From the NCBI GenBank assembly GCA_963765205.1, contig CAVXVB010000005.1, positions 256,001 through 320,000 of the forward strand: 64,000 nucleotides of DNA, read 5' to 3'. Positions within the stretch are counted from its first letter, which is position 1, and the number at the start of each line of letters is the position of its first letter. The notes under the pieces were generated by a model that saw nothing but the letters and a program-made list of their open reading frames with translations, had not been told where the DNA came from and made no database searches. A program made the position numbers and the translations under genes. The DNA is from an uncultured Verrucomicrobiae bacterium (GTDB lineage Bacteria; Verrucomicrobiota; Verrucomicrobiia; Opitutales; JABDGR01). Positions 1-9,379 of the stretch are shown here, in pieces.

Positions 1-118
1 ACTGGTCGCCCTCCCGCAGGCGGCCCGCGGCCACCGCCGCCTGCACATGGTGGATAATCTGCTTGTAGGCCGGAATCCCGCTCCGGGACTCCAGCGACCA
101 GGTTTCTGCAAGATTCAT
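1..118 (-). CDS. GntR family (YtrA-like) transcriptional regulator, 5' part; runs off the window
   Basis: Hand translation from ATG at 118: MNLAETWSLESRSGIPAYKQIIHHVQAAVAAGRLREGDQ, a typical YtrA/GntR N-terminus; not in the ORF track. Confidence 0.85.
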   Translation of the reverse strand, partial: MNLAETWSLESRSGIPAYKQIIHHVQAAVAAGRLREGDQ

Positions 119-144
119 AGTGTATTACTAAGGTAGTAAACTAT
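117..144. promoter_or_regulatory. Imperfect palindrome, probable GntR/YtrA auto-operator overlapping the -10 box and start codon
   Basis: ATAGTGTATTAC-TAAG-GTAGTAAACTAT (12-bp arms, 2 mismatches); the minus strand has TTGCTT-N16-TAGTTT. Confidence 0.6.
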
Positions 145-247
145 CACGGTTCTTGAGCAAAGCAAGGGGTATTTTTCTGAAATCTTCGGAAGCTGGATTT
201 CGTTGCCAAAAGCGAAGTGCGTCAGGTTGTGTTTTAACCCAAGACCA

Positions 248-328
248 TTCACCGCAAAGCCGCAAAGAGCGCAAAGGGGAATTTCTGCGCGAGAACCATC
301 CTTGCATTCTTTGCGCCTTTGCGGTGAA
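248..328. repeat. Inverted pair of CGCAAAG-unit tandem arrays (family A)
   Basis: TTCACCGCAAAGCCGCAAAGAGCGCAAAG ... CTTTGCGCCTTTGCGGTGAA; half copies at 12991 and 52854. Confidence 0.85.
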
Positions 329-356
329 AAAAGTTTCAAAACAGGTTCCAGGTTTT

Positions 357-1151
357 CTACCCGTTTTTGCGCGACGCTTCCGTACCCAGCGCCACCCGGA
401 ATTCCCGCGGCAGGGGGCTTTCCGCGGCAAAATTCAGGCTCGGAATGCGCAGGCTGGCCGCGTGCAAAAACAGGCGCTTGTGTCCGGTGCGCCGCCCGAA
501 TTCCCGGTTGAAGGGAAAATCCCCGTAAGTCGCGTCACCCACAATCGGGTACCCGTGCGCGCCGCATTGCACGCGCAGTTGGTGCGTGCGCCCCGTGACC
601 GGCTCGAGCCGCAGCAGCGAGAGCAGCGCGCCCGCGTGGCCGTGGCTCTCGACGCACTCGAAGCGCGTCTCGGCCAACTGGCCCGGCCCCGCGCGGCTGA
701 CCACGACGCGCACGCCTCCGCCCCCGCGCCCGCTGGGCAGGCGCGCCAGGCGGTCCACCCACGTTCCCCGGTTCGGGCGGGGCTGGCCGAGCACCAGCGC
801 ATAATAAGTTTTTTGCACCTCGCCCTTGGCGAAAGCCCGACGCCCGGCGGCGGCCGTCTCTTCGTCGAGGGCGGCGAGCACCAGGCCCGACGTGGGCGAA
901 TCGAGCCGGTTGAGCAGAAACAATTCCTTCGGCGCATCCGGCGCGGCCGGCTCCCAATGGTAGCACTCGCGCCCCGGGTCGTAGGCCGCGCGTAGGAGGG
1001 AATAGTTGCGGTCCACCTCCTTGTTCGGGTGGGTCATGATGCCCGCCGGCTTTTCCAGCGCCAGCAGTTTGCCCGCGACGGTGGCGACGCGCGCGGTGTG
1101 CGCCAGCGGCAGCAACCGCCCCCAGTCCAGGCTTTCGACGGCGGCGCTCAT
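357..1151 (-). CDS. RluA-family RNA pseudouridine synthase
   Basis: Motifs EKPAG, NRLDSPTSGL, TGRTHQLRV, PIVGDATYG, LFLHA. Confidence 0.9.
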   Translation of the reverse strand: MSAAVESLDWGRLLPLAHTARVATVAGKLLALEKPAGIMTHPNKEVDRNYSLLRAAYDPGRECYHWEPAAPDAPKELFLLNRLDSPTSGLVLAALDEETAAAGRRAFAKGEVQKTYYALVLGQPRPNRGTWVDRLARLPSGRGGGGVRVVVSRAGPGQLAETRFECVESHGHAGALLSLLRLEPVTGRTHQLRVQCGAHGYPIVGDATYGDFPFNREFGRRTGHKRLFLHAASLRIPSLNFAAESPLPREFRVALGTEASRKNG

Positions 1152-2323
1152 TGGTAATAAAAAGTAACCTGAATTTCTTGCCGGTCGCCCAGCAGCGCCG
1201 TCATCTCCTTCGTCCAGACGCCATACGGGGTAGGGCGCTGGATGGCGTTGAGGCAGAGCATCGTCGCACCGCGCGTGGCCGAGGAACTTTCCACCTGCGC
1301 GCTTTCAACCTGGCCCTGGCTGTTGATGATAAACGTCACCACCACCGCCACGCCGGAATCCTGCACGCTGAAGGTGTAGTCCTCGCATTCGATGTCCCAC
1401 TCGGAGCCAATGGCCTCATACATCTTTTGCAGGTAGGCGCCGAAAGCCGTGAATTTCGCGTCTGCGCCGAGTGACCCGAGCACATGCGTGCCCTGCGTGT
1501 TCTTGACGATGGGGCCGGCGTGGGTTTGCACCTCCAACGTCGGGCGTGGTTGCGGCGTGGCGGCGGCGGCGCTGGCGGCGACCGCTTCCGGCGTCAGAGG
1601 GCCGGGCGGAAATTTGTAATTATCCGGCACGGTTTCGGTGGTGGGCGGAGTTTGTTCCGCCGGTTTCTGCGCGGTGGTGTTGCCGGGCTGGTTTGAAACG
1701 CGCACGCCTTCGCCCTCGGGCGAAGTTATATTCGCCGGCAAAGAGGGAGTCATCATCGCGATTTGTTCCGGCGGGGGCGCGGTGGGCGGCGGCGCGGCGG
1801 AGGCAGATTTCGTGGGCGGGGCCGTGGCGCTCGGCGGCGCAGGCGGCGCGGGCTTGTGCAAATCGCCTGCCACGATCTTGGAGGAATTCACAGAAGTGCC
1901 GGTCGTGGCCGGCAAATCCGAATGACCGTCCGGGTTGGGGACGGGCTGGGCCACGCGCTGGTCGCGGTTGGAAATATTGTTGGTGGCGACGGGGGTGGAT
2001 GAGGGTGCGGCGGGGTTCGTTTCGAGGTAGCGAATCGCCTGCTGGTCCTCGGGCGTCGCCGGCGTCAGCGCATACTCGACCGGGCGGGGTGGGGGAGTGA
2101 GACTCGCGGCGCGGACGCTTACCGGCGTCATTTTCACCACATTGCCCAGCCACGGCAGCACCCAGAAAAACAGCCCGCCGTGCAACAAGAGCGTCAGCAA
2201 CACGGCGGAGCCAATCGCGAGGCGCTCCTCCGGGCGCGTCTGCGACAGGCGGTCAAAATCCTCCCACGCCCGCAGGTCGGGCGGGGCGGGCGGGCGGGCG
2301 GGTTGTTCAGTGGGCGCGGGCAT
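1148..2323 (-). CDS. TonB/TolA-like protein (N-terminal TM helix, Pro-rich linker, TonB_C-like domain)
   Basis: TM with LLLHGGLFF, long Pro/Ala linker, C-terminal VVVTFIINSQGQVESAQVESSS. Confidence 0.7.
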   Translation of the reverse strand: MPAPTEQPARPPAPPDLRAWEDFDRLSQTRPEERLAIGSAVLLTLLLHGGLFFWVLPWLGNVVKMTPVSVRAASLTPPPRPVEYALTPATPEDQQAIRYLETNPAAPSSTPVATNNISNRDQRVAQPVPNPDGHSDLPATTGTSVNSSKIVAGDLHKPAPPAPPSATAPPTKSASAAPPPTAPPPEQIAMMTPSLPANITSPEGEGVRVSNQPGNTTAQKPAEQTPPTTETVPDNYKFPPGPLTPEAVAASAAAATPQPRPTLEVQTHAGPIVKNTQGTHVLGSLGADAKFTAFGAYLQKMYEAIGSEWDIECEDYTFSVQDSGVAVVVTFIINSQGQVESAQVESSSATRGATMLCLNAIQRPTPYGVWTKEMTALLGDRQEIQVTFYYQ

Positions 2324-2942
2324 GGAATCGCGGGTCGGCGATTATGGGCGCGGCGGGCGACGGAAGCAAGGCCAGCCCGTGCAGTTGCGCGGCCAGCCAT
2401 TCGAGCGGCAGGCCCATGATATTGGACAGCGAGCCCGTGTAATGTTCCAGAATCAACTCGCGCCCCTCCTGGATGCCGTAGGCCCCGGCCTTGTCCAGCG
2501 GGTTGACCAGCGCGAAGTAGCGCATGATCGCCGCGTCGTCCAGCGCCCGGAAAGTCACCGCGCTCGTCTCACAATGGGAAATTTCCGGGGCGCCGGGCCG
2601 CCGCCATAAACATACCCCCGTATAAACCGTATGCGTGCGCCCGGAAAGTTTCCGCAACATCGCCCGCGCCTCGGCCATGTCGCGCGGCTTGTTCAAGACA
2701 TGGTCGTCGAGCGCCACCGTCGTGTCCGCCGCCAGCACCAGCGCCCCCGGCCGCTGCGCGCACACCCACGCCGCCTTGAGCGCCGCGTTGTGCAACACCA
2801 TCCCCCGCGGCTCCGCCGTCGCCTCCTCGTGCTCGACAATCGGCGCGACCACTACCTCGAACTCCACGCCCAACCGCGCGAGGAGTTCCCGCCGCCGCGG
2901 CGACGCGGAGGCGAGGATGAAGGTTGTTGATATTTCGAGCAT
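2307..2942 (-). CDS. maf: Maf-family nucleoside triphosphate pyrophosphatase
   Basis: ILASASPRRRELL, LAADTTV, DKAGAYGIQ, NIMGLPL. Confidence 0.92.
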   Translation of the reverse strand: MLEISTTFILASASPRRRELLARLGVEFEVVVAPIVEHEEATAEPRGMVLHNAALKAAWVCAQRPGALVLAADTTVALDDHVLNKPRDMAEARAMLRKLSGRTHTVYTGVCLWRRPGAPEISHCETSAVTFRALDDAAIMRYFALVNPLDKAGAYGIQEGRELILEHYTGSLSNIMGLPLEWLAAQLHGLALLPSPAAPIIADPRFHARAH

Positions 2943-2977
2943 GATGATGCCGGCTTTCAGCGCCTAACTGTGACAAT

Positions 2978-3526
2978 ATGCTCGTCAAGCTAAAGGGAAA
3001 CAATCAACTTCAATATCTTATGGCAGTTCTATTAGTCTTGGCCATTCTTTTGCCTCTTGGAGTGTTTGCCTTGGCATTAGTGGCCAAGTCTTTCAGCTTA
3101 TTTTTTGCCCGTCGCTGGATTGATGGATGTTATTTCTTATTGGCGGTAGCGGCATTTGCCACTTCCATACACTTTTTTCGTTTCTATAAAAATGAAACAC
3201 CAAACGATAATAGTGCCTTGTTGCTCCGCCTCGGCCTATGTCTCATGGCAATAATGCTCGGCCTTCTCGCAACACGGCATTTTCGTTGGACGATTTTGGT
3301 TCTTAGTGCGTTAGTTGTACTGGTTGCTTTCTGGGCTGGGGACAATGGCGATAACGTTACAAGTTCAATCGTCTTCTTCGCCATAGTTTGTGCATGCTCC
3401 TTGGCATTATTTATTTTTCAATTAAAACGTGAATCTCTCTATTTGGCCGGTCTTGGACTGGTGGGTGTTTTACCCTTGGTTTGGGCAGAGCTTGTCATGT
3501 GGTGCTTTGATGCAATTTTTCGTTGA
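2978..3526 (+). CDS. Hypothetical multi-pass membrane protein (AT-rich)
   Basis: About six hydrophobic segments; GC clearly lower than the flanks; start uncertain. Confidence 0.6.
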   Translation: MLVKLKGNNQLQYLMAVLLVLAILLPLGVFALALVAKSFSLFFARRWIDGCYFLLAVAAFATSIHFFRFYKNETPNDNSALLLRLGLCLMAIMLGLLATRHFRWTILVLSALVVLVAFWAGDNGDNVTSSIVFFAIVCACSLALFIFQLKRESLYLAGLGLVGVLPLVWAELVMWCFDAIFR

Positions 3527-3561
3527 TTTTCGCCCCACACTAATTGCCCGGCAATTCTCTC

Positions 3562-3590
3562 TTGAGACAGTCCCCATATTCCGCTAATCT
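3562..3590 (+). promoter_or_regulatory. Sigma70-like promoter of the TA operon (probably leaderless)
   Basis: TTGAGA-N17-TAATCT with ATG 7 nt downstream and no SD. Confidence 0.55.
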
Positions 3591-3597
3591 TTCACTT

Positions 3598-3825
3598 ATG
3601 AGCACGGTTGACGAGATTACGAGCGCCATCCAGCGGTTGCCGCGCACGGACTTCTTCCGCCTGGCGGAATGGGTGCAGCACCGTTTTGACGACGAGTGGG
3701 ACCGGCAGATTGAGGACGATGCCCGCGCCGGGCGGCTGGACCACCTCGCCGAGGAAGCCCTGGCCGAACATCGCGCCAGGCGCACCACCCCTTTCCCGCC
3801 CGATGAACAGCCGCGCCACCGGTAA
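3598..3825 (+). CDS. Putative antitoxin (addiction-module type)
   Basis: MSTVDEITSAIQRL...WDRQIEDDARAGRLD; overlaps a RelE/ParE-like gene; paralogue at 40906-41136. Confidence 0.75.
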   Translation: MSTVDEITSAIQRLPRTDFFRLAEWVQHRFDDEWDRQIEDDARAGRLDHLAEEALAEHRARRTTPFPPDEQPRHR

Positions 3826-4063
3826 ATTCTGGCAGATGTATAATGCTTTGCCGGCCGAAATTCAAAAACTGGCCGTCAAACAATATGCGCTCTGGCTGCG
3901 GGATCATTCCCATCCCTCCGTCCAATTCAAAAAAGTCGGACGGTTTTGATCGGCGCGGGTCACCGACAATTATCGGGTGGTGGGTGTCATGGACGGCGAT
4001 ACCGTGATTTGGTTTTGGATTGGCGTCCACGATGAATACAACAAGGTTCTTGGACGAAAATAA
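3803..4063 (+). pseudogene. RelE/ParE-superfamily toxin with in-frame TGA at 3947-3949
   Basis: MNSRATGKFW...HPSVQFKKVGRF*SARVTDNYRVVG...WFWIGVHDEYNK; the same frame continues to TAA at 4063. Confidence 0.75.
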
Positions 4064-4102
4064 TGCCCTCCCCCCTTTCCGATGCCTTGTTTGAGCACGC
4101 CC
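4063..4102 (+). repeat. Diverged direct copy of the hemL 5' end (4825-4864)
   Basis: 34/40 nt identical; [13 protein letters not shown] vs [13 protein letters not shown]. Confidence 0.85.
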
Positions 4103-4136
4103 AAGTCAGCTTCCCCATCCAACTTCAATTTCCGCC

Positions 4137-4615
4137 GTGAAGCCGCTGCTCTACCTGGAAACCACCATCGTCAGTTATCTGACGGCGCGGCCGACGCGTG
4201 ACTTAGTCATGGCGGCGCGGCAGCAAGTCACCATTGAATGGTGGAATCGCCGGCGCGGGGATTTCCAAGTGGTGGTTTCGCCGCTCGTGCTGGCCGAAGC
4301 CAACCGGGGTGATGCCGCCGCCGCGGCACGGCGGCTCGCCGCCATTCGGGGCTTGCCCTTGGTGGCCATCAATGATGAAATGTTTCCCATCGCAGATGCA
4401 CTGCTCAAAGCCAAATTGATTCCGCTCAATGCCGAAGACGACGCCCGCATATCGGCATCGCATCCTTTCATTCCGCCCATTTTCTGCTCACTTGGAATTT
4501 TCGCCATATTGCCAACGCTGAAAACATCGCCGATATTCAAACTCTAATCCGTAGTTTCGGCCATCATTGTCCAGTTATCTGCACCCCCGAAGAACTTTTA
4601 GGAGACCTGCCATGA
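4137..4615 (+). CDS. PIN-domain (VapC-like) toxin, frameshifted near 4447
   Basis: YLETTIVSYLTARP...AEDDA then another frame HIGIAS...LLTWNFRHIANA...PVICTPEELL. Confidence 0.8.
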
Positions 4616-4773
4616 AAGACGCCATTATCACCGAGATGCATCAAATCAAGGATGCGATTGCGGCCGAGCATAATAATGACGTGCGGGCCATTGCTGCTTA
4701 CGCTCAGCGCAAATTTCCGCCAAACGGGCGGCGGGTGATCCGCCCTCCGGCGAAGAAAAAGATTCGCGCCTGA
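4612..4773 (+). CDS. Small putative antitoxin coupled to the PIN gene
   Basis: MKDAIITEMHQIKDAIAAEHNNDVRAI...; ATGA overlap with the PIN stop; GGAG SD. Confidence 0.65.
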   Translation: MKDAIITEMHQIKDAIAAEHNNDVRAIAAYAQRKFPPNGRRVIRPPAKKKIRA

Positions 4774-4824
4774 TTCCGGGGTTGCGCCGGGGCGGGCGGA
4801 TGGGTTGCATCAGGGGTGGTTCCC

Positions 4825-6108
4825 ATGCCCCCCCCTCTCTCCGATGCCTTGTTCGAACGCGCCCGGCGGCTGCTGCCGGGCGGGGTCAATTCGCCCGTGC
4901 GCGCGTTTCGCGGGGTCGGCGGCACGCCGTTCTTCACCGTGCGCGCGCGCGGCTGCCGCCTCTACACCGCCGACGACCGCGAGTTGATTGACTACGTCTG
5001 CACCTGGGGGCCGGCGCTGTTCGGCCACAATCATCCGCGCATTCGCGCCGCCGTCGCCGCCGCGCTCGAAAAAGGCCTGGGCTTCGGCACGCCCCACCCC
5101 GCCGAAGTGCCGATGGCCGAGACGCTCGCCGAGCTGGTGCCGTCGCTCGAGATGCTCCGCCTGTGCAACAGCGGCACCGAGGCCACGATGTCGTGCGTGC
5201 GCCTGGCGCGCGGGTTCGCGGGGCGCGACAAGATCATCAAGTTCGCCGGCTGCTACCACGGGCATGTGGACGCGCTGCTGGTCAAGGCCGGCTCGGGCGC
5301 GCTCACCCATGGTTACCCCGACAGCGCGGGCATCCCCGCCGCCACGGCCGCCGACACGATTGTCCTGCCCTTCAACGACCTCGCCGCAGTGGACGCCGCG
5401 TTCGCGAAATTTCCCGGCGAGATCGCGGGCGTCATCCTCGAACCCTATCCCGCGAATGTCGGGCTGATTTTGCCCGACGCGGGCTACCTCGCCGCGCTGC
5501 GCGAGTGTTGCACGCGCGCCGGCGCGCTGCTGATTTTCGACGAGGTGATGACCGGTTTCCGCCTCGCCGCCGGCGGTGTGCAGGAAATAACCGGCGTGCG
5601 GCCGGACCTGACCGCGCTCGGCAAAATCATCGGCGGCGGCCTGCCCGTCGGCGCCTTTGGCGGGCGGCGCGACGTGATGGAAAAGCTCGCGCCCCTCGGC
5701 CCGGTTTACCAGGCCGGCACGCTCAGCGGCAACCCGCTCGCCGTCGCCGCCGGGCTGGCCGCGCTAACACTTATAAAGGAGGCGCCGCCCTACGCCGCGC
5801 TCGAAGCGGCGGGGCAACGGCTGGCCGCCGCACTGCGCGAAGCCGCCGCGCGCAAGGGCCTGCCCCTGCAAGTCCCGCAAACCGGCTCGATGTTCGCGCT
5901 GTTCTTCACCGACGCGCCCGTGCGTGATTACGCCGGCGCGCTGGCCGCCGACCCCGCGCCGTTCCGCAAAGTTTTCCACGCGGCGCTCGACCATGGCGTC
6001 TATCTGCCGCCCTCGCCGTATGAGACCTGTTTTATCAGCACGGCCCACGACGCGCCCGCGCTCGACCAGACAATTGAAGTGCTGACGGCGGCCATCGCCG
6101 GGCTATAA
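4825..6108 (+). CDS. hemL: Glutamate-1-semialdehyde 2,1-aminomutase
   Basis: [47 protein letters not shown]. Confidence 0.97.
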   Translation: MPPPLSDALFERARRLLPGGVNSPVRAFRGVGGTPFFTVRARGCRLYTADDRELIDYVCTWGPALFGHNHPRIRAAVAAALEKGLGFGTPHPAEVPMAETLAELVPSLEMLRLCNSGTEATMSCVRLARGFAGRDKIIKFAGCYHGHVDALLVKAGSGALTHGYPDSAGIPAATAADTIVLPFNDLAAVDAAFAKFPGEIAGVILEPYPANVGLILPDAGYLAALRECCTRAGALLIFDEVMTGFRLAAGGVQEITGVRPDLTALGKIIGGGLPVGAFGGRRDVMEKLAPLGPVYQAGTLSGNPLAVAAGLAALTLIKEAPPYAALEAAGQRLAAALREAAARKGLPLQVPQTGSMFALFFTDAPVRDYAGALAADPAPFRKVFHAALDHGVYLPPSPYETCFISTAHDAPALDQTIEVLTAAIAGL

Positions 6109-6121
6109 TGGCGGCTCAAAT

Positions 6122-8092
6122 ATGGAGCCGCCCAACCCGCATGTGGCCACGCCCCCGCCGCGCCCGCTCATGGTGTGGGACGGCGACTGCCGTTTCTGCG
6201 GCGCGTGGGTCCGCCGCTGGAAAGGCGCCACCGGCGACGCGGTGGATTACGAACCGTATCAATCGGTCCGCGACCGTTTCCCCGAAATCAAGGCCTCCGA
6301 CTACGCGCGCGAAATCCACCTGATTTTTCCCGACGGGAGCGTCACGCGCGGGGCGGAGGCGGTGTTCGCCGCGCTCAACACGCGGTCTGGCTGCGGGCTG
6401 GGCCTGCGGCTTTACAAAAGCACTCCGGCCTTCGCCACTATTTCGGAATGGTGCTACCACCGCGTGGCGAACAACCGCACGTTGCTGTCGTTCCTGACCA
6501 AGGTTTTCTGGGGCGATCCCGGCGAGCGCAGCACGTATCGTTTCAGCGGGATGCTCTTTCTGCGGCTGCTCGGGCTGGTGTTTCTGGTGGCGTTTGTGTC
6601 GTTCTGGGGCCAGGCGGCGGGGCTGGTAGGTGACCACGGCATTATTCCGCTGAAAATGTATTTTGACTCGATCTCCAATGTGCCCGGCATCTCAAATTCC
6701 GAAAAATTCCTGGCCGCGCCCTCGCTGCTGTGGCTGTCGCCCAATAGCACGGGCCTGAACGAACTGCTGGGTGCGGGCGTGGCGTGCTCGCTCTTGATGA
6801 TGATGGGGCTGTTGCCCGGCTGGGCGTTGCTGGGTTGCGTGATTACGTATGATTCGCTGCGCGGCGGCGTGCCGATATTTTTGAATTTTCAATGGGACAT
6901 TCTCCTCGTGGAGACGGGCTTCGTCGCGCTGCTCATCGCGCCGTGGGGCTGGTGGCAGCGGCCCTGGTCGCCGCGCGAGCCGCCGCGCGCCGGGCGCTGG
7001 TCGCTGTGGTGGCTGCTGTTCAAGCTGATGTTCTTGTCTGGCCTGGTGAAGATCATCACCAACGACCAGGGCGCGGGGCCGGAGCATCCAAATCTGTTCC
7101 GGCGGTTGATTTCCGATTTCACCGGCGTGCCCATCGGGCACAACACCTGGCTCGACGGCACGGCGCTGCAATTCCATTATTTCACGCAGCCGATTCCGGC
7201 GGCGACAAGCTGGTGGTTCCACAACCGGCCCGCGTGGTTCCAAAGCACCTCGCTATGGACGTGCATGTTCATCGAGCTGGTCGTGCCCTTCGCCTTTTTC
7301 GCGCCGCGGCGGTTGCGGCACCTGGCCGCGCTCCTGCAAATATTTCTGCAAGTGATGTTCATGGTTTCAGGCAACTACGGCTTTTTCAACCTGCTCACGT
7401 TGGTGCTGTGCCTGCCGCTGATTGACGACACCTTCTGGCCGAAACGCGTGCAACGCTTCCTCGAACGCGACCCCGCACCCAAACCGTCCGCGCCGTCCCG
7501 CGCAAAAATAATTTTCCACCGGGGCGGCACGATCGTGCGCGTCACGCTCGCGGGTTTCATTTTTCTGATTGGCTTGGTTTTATTCTGGGAAACCTGGCAG
7601 CAGCGCGCGCGCGCCACGCCGGCCGAGCCGGTGACGCCCAACTTCCTCCTCTCCGCGACGAACCACCTCCAGCAACTCGGCCTCGTCAACTCTTACGGCC
7701 TCTTCCGCGTGATGACGACCGAGCGGCCGGAACTAATCCTCGAAGGCACCGACGACGGGCAGAACTGGAAGCCCTACGAATTTGTCTGGAAACCCGGCGA
7801 CCCGCTGCGCGAGCCAAGCTTCACCACGCCGCACATGCCGCGGCTCGATTGGCAAATGTGGTTCGCCGCGCTCAGCATTTACTACGACCACCAAATCCCG
7901 CCATGGCTGGAACTGTTCGCCCGGGAACTGAAGGCGGGCAACCCGGACGTGCTCGCGCTGCTCGAGAACAACCCCTTCCCCAAAACACCGCCGCAACAAA
8001 TCCGCCTGCGGGTCTATCTCTACCAATTCGCCACGCCCGAGGAACATGAGAAAACCGGCGCGTGGTGGACGCGCACGCTCCTCGGCGGTTAG
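6122..8092 (+). CDS. DCC1/DUF393 thiol-disulfide domain fused to a lipase maturation factor family protein
   Basis: N-terminal WDGDCRFC; LMF motifs FQWDILLVETGF, HYFTQPIP, GNYGFFNLLT, PHMPRLDWQMWFAAL. Confidence 0.88.
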   Translation: MEPPNPHVATPPPRPLMVWDGDCRFCGAWVRRWKGATGDAVDYEPYQSVRDRFPEIKASDYAREIHLIFPDGSVTRGAEAVFAALNTRSGCGLGLRLYKSTPAFATISEWCYHRVANNRTLLSFLTKVFWGDPGERSTYRFSGMLFLRLLGLVFLVAFVSFWGQAAGLVGDHGIIPLKMYFDSISNVPGISNSEKFLAAPSLLWLSPNSTGLNELLGAGVACSLLMMMGLLPGWALLGCVITYDSLRGGVPIFLNFQWDILLVETGFVALLIAPWGWWQRPWSPREPPRAGRWSLWWLLFKLMFLSGLVKIITNDQGAGPEHPNLFRRLISDFTGVPIGHNTWLDGTALQFHYFTQPIPAATSWWFHNRPAWFQSTSLWTCMFIELVVPFAFFAPRRLRHLAALLQIFLQVMFMVSGNYGFFNLLTLVLCLPLIDDTFWPKRVQRFLERDPAPKPSAPSRAKIIFHRGGTIVRVTLAGFIFLIGLVLFWETWQQRARATPAEPVTPNFLLSATNHLQQLGLVNSYGLFRVMTTERPELILEGTDDGQNWKPYEFVWKPGDPLREPSFTTPHMPRLDWQMWFAALSIYYDHQIPPWLELFARELKAGNPDVLALLENNPFPKTPPQQIRLRVYLYQFATPEEHEKTGAWWTRTLLGG

Positions 8093-9030
8093 GACTTCGC
8101 CGGCGCGAACCGCGAGCCGAGGAAACTCCCGGACAAAATCACCACGATGACCGCCAGCGACACGCCCAGTGGCACGTCGTAAATTTTCGCCAGCAGCATT
8201 TTTAGGCCGATGAAACCCAGCAGCAGCGCCAGCCCGTAGTGCAGCAGGCGGCAGTTTTCGATGGCGTGTTGGATTACGAAAAACAACGCGCGCAGGCCGA
8301 GCACGGCGAGGATGTTCGACGTGTAGGCGATGAACGGGTCGCGCGTCACCGCCAGCACCGCGGGCACGGAATCCAGCGCGAACAGCGCGTCGGCCAGCTC
8401 GACCGTCAGCAGCACTGCCAGCAGCGGCGTGATCAGCCAGCGGCCGTCGCGACGCACGATTATTTGACCGCCGGGGTTGTTCTCCGTCGCGGGCAACCAC
8501 CGCCGCAGCCTATTCCACATCCGATGGCGTGCTGGACCGAGGACTCTTTCGCGCGCCGCCCACATCCGCCACGCGGCCCAGAGCAAATACGTCCCGAAGA
8601 GATAGAAGACCCACTCGAACCGCCGCGCCAACGCGACCCCGCCCAGAATCAGCGCGCCGCGCAACATCATCGCACCCAACACCCCCCAGGACAAGACCCC
8701 GCGCTGGTGCGGCGCCGCCACATTAAAATGCCGGAACAGCAGCACGAACACGAAAACATTGTCCAGACTCAGCGCCTTTTCGAGCAGATATGCCGTGAAA
8801 AATTGCAGCCCCGCCGCGCCGCGTTCCGCCGGGGCGTAGCCGCCGACCCATCCGAACCCGATGCCAACGCCAAAGGCAACCGCCAGCAAAATCCAAAACC
8901 CGCTCCAGTCCAGCGCCGCCTTGAACGACAGCGCCCGCCCTCCGCCCCGCCAGGCCAAAACCAATTCCACCCCCAGCAGCGCAAGCACGCCGAGGTTGAA
9001 ACCCACCCACCAGCCAAGAGAAACCGGCAT
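8089..9030 (-). CDS. TerC/Alx family membrane protein
   Basis: YLLEKALSLDNVFVF, DALFALDSVPA, YTSNILAVLGLRALFF. Confidence 0.92.
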   Translation of the reverse strand: MPVSLGWWVGFNLGVLALLGVELVLAWRGGGRALSFKAALDWSGFWILLAVAFGVGIGFGWVGGYAPAERGAAGLQFFTAYLLEKALSLDNVFVFVLLFRHFNVAAPHQRGVLSWGVLGAMMLRGALILGGVALARRFEWVFYLFGTYLLWAAWRMWAARERVLGPARHRMWNRLRRWLPATENNPGGQIIVRRDGRWLITPLLAVLLTVELADALFALDSVPAVLAVTRDPFIAYTSNILAVLGLRALFFVIQHAIENCRLLHYGLALLLGFIGLKMLLAKIYDVPLGVSLAVIVVILSGSFLGSRFAPAKS

Positions 9031-9098
9031 CACCTCACCATGCACTCACCCCCCCGCCCCGGCAAGCCACGTCACCTTATAAATTTTCCCTTGATTAC

Positions 9099-9118
9099 AT
9101 GTGTCTCATGTGACACAT
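9099..9118. promoter_or_regulatory. Palindromic antitoxin operator within a TA promoter
   Basis: ATGTGTCTCATGTGACACAT (one mismatch) lying across TTGATT(9091)-N17-CACATT. Confidence 0.65.
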
Positions 9119-9125
9119 TGGGTTG

Positions 9126-9371
9126 ATGACCAGCGTAACCATGCGGGAACTGCACTTGCGCACCGGCCACATCGTGCGTCAGGCGGCGCTGGGCAAAGTC
9201 GTCGTCACGGAACGCGGCGTGCCGGTGGCCGAACTCCATCCCTACGTTGCGGAAACCGCGGTGCAACGCTGGAAACGCCGGCGAATATTGCCGGAGTATG
9301 CGCGCATCATGAACCTGCCCATGGGCACCGACAGCACCGCGGGCATCTCGGCCGACCGCGACGCCCGCTGA
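9126..9371 (+). CDS. Phd/YefM-family antitoxin
   Basis: MTSVTMRELHLRTGHIVRQA...VVVTERGVPVAEL. Confidence 0.85.
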   Translation: MTSVTMRELHLRTGHIVRQAALGKVVVTERGVPVAELHPYVAETAVQRWKRRRILPEYARIMNLPMGTDSTAGISADRDAR

Positions 9372-9379
9372 CCTTGCCC

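Noticed and set aside
3947..3949. TGA recoding (Trp or Sec) as an alternative genetic code
   Set aside because: TGA terminates many conserved genes here (folD, pgk, tpiA, gltA); a single nonsense change is simpler
9031..9098. yybP-ykoY manganese riboswitch upstream of the TerC/Alx gene
   Set aside because: The space before the TA promoter is too short and no recognisable motif was seen
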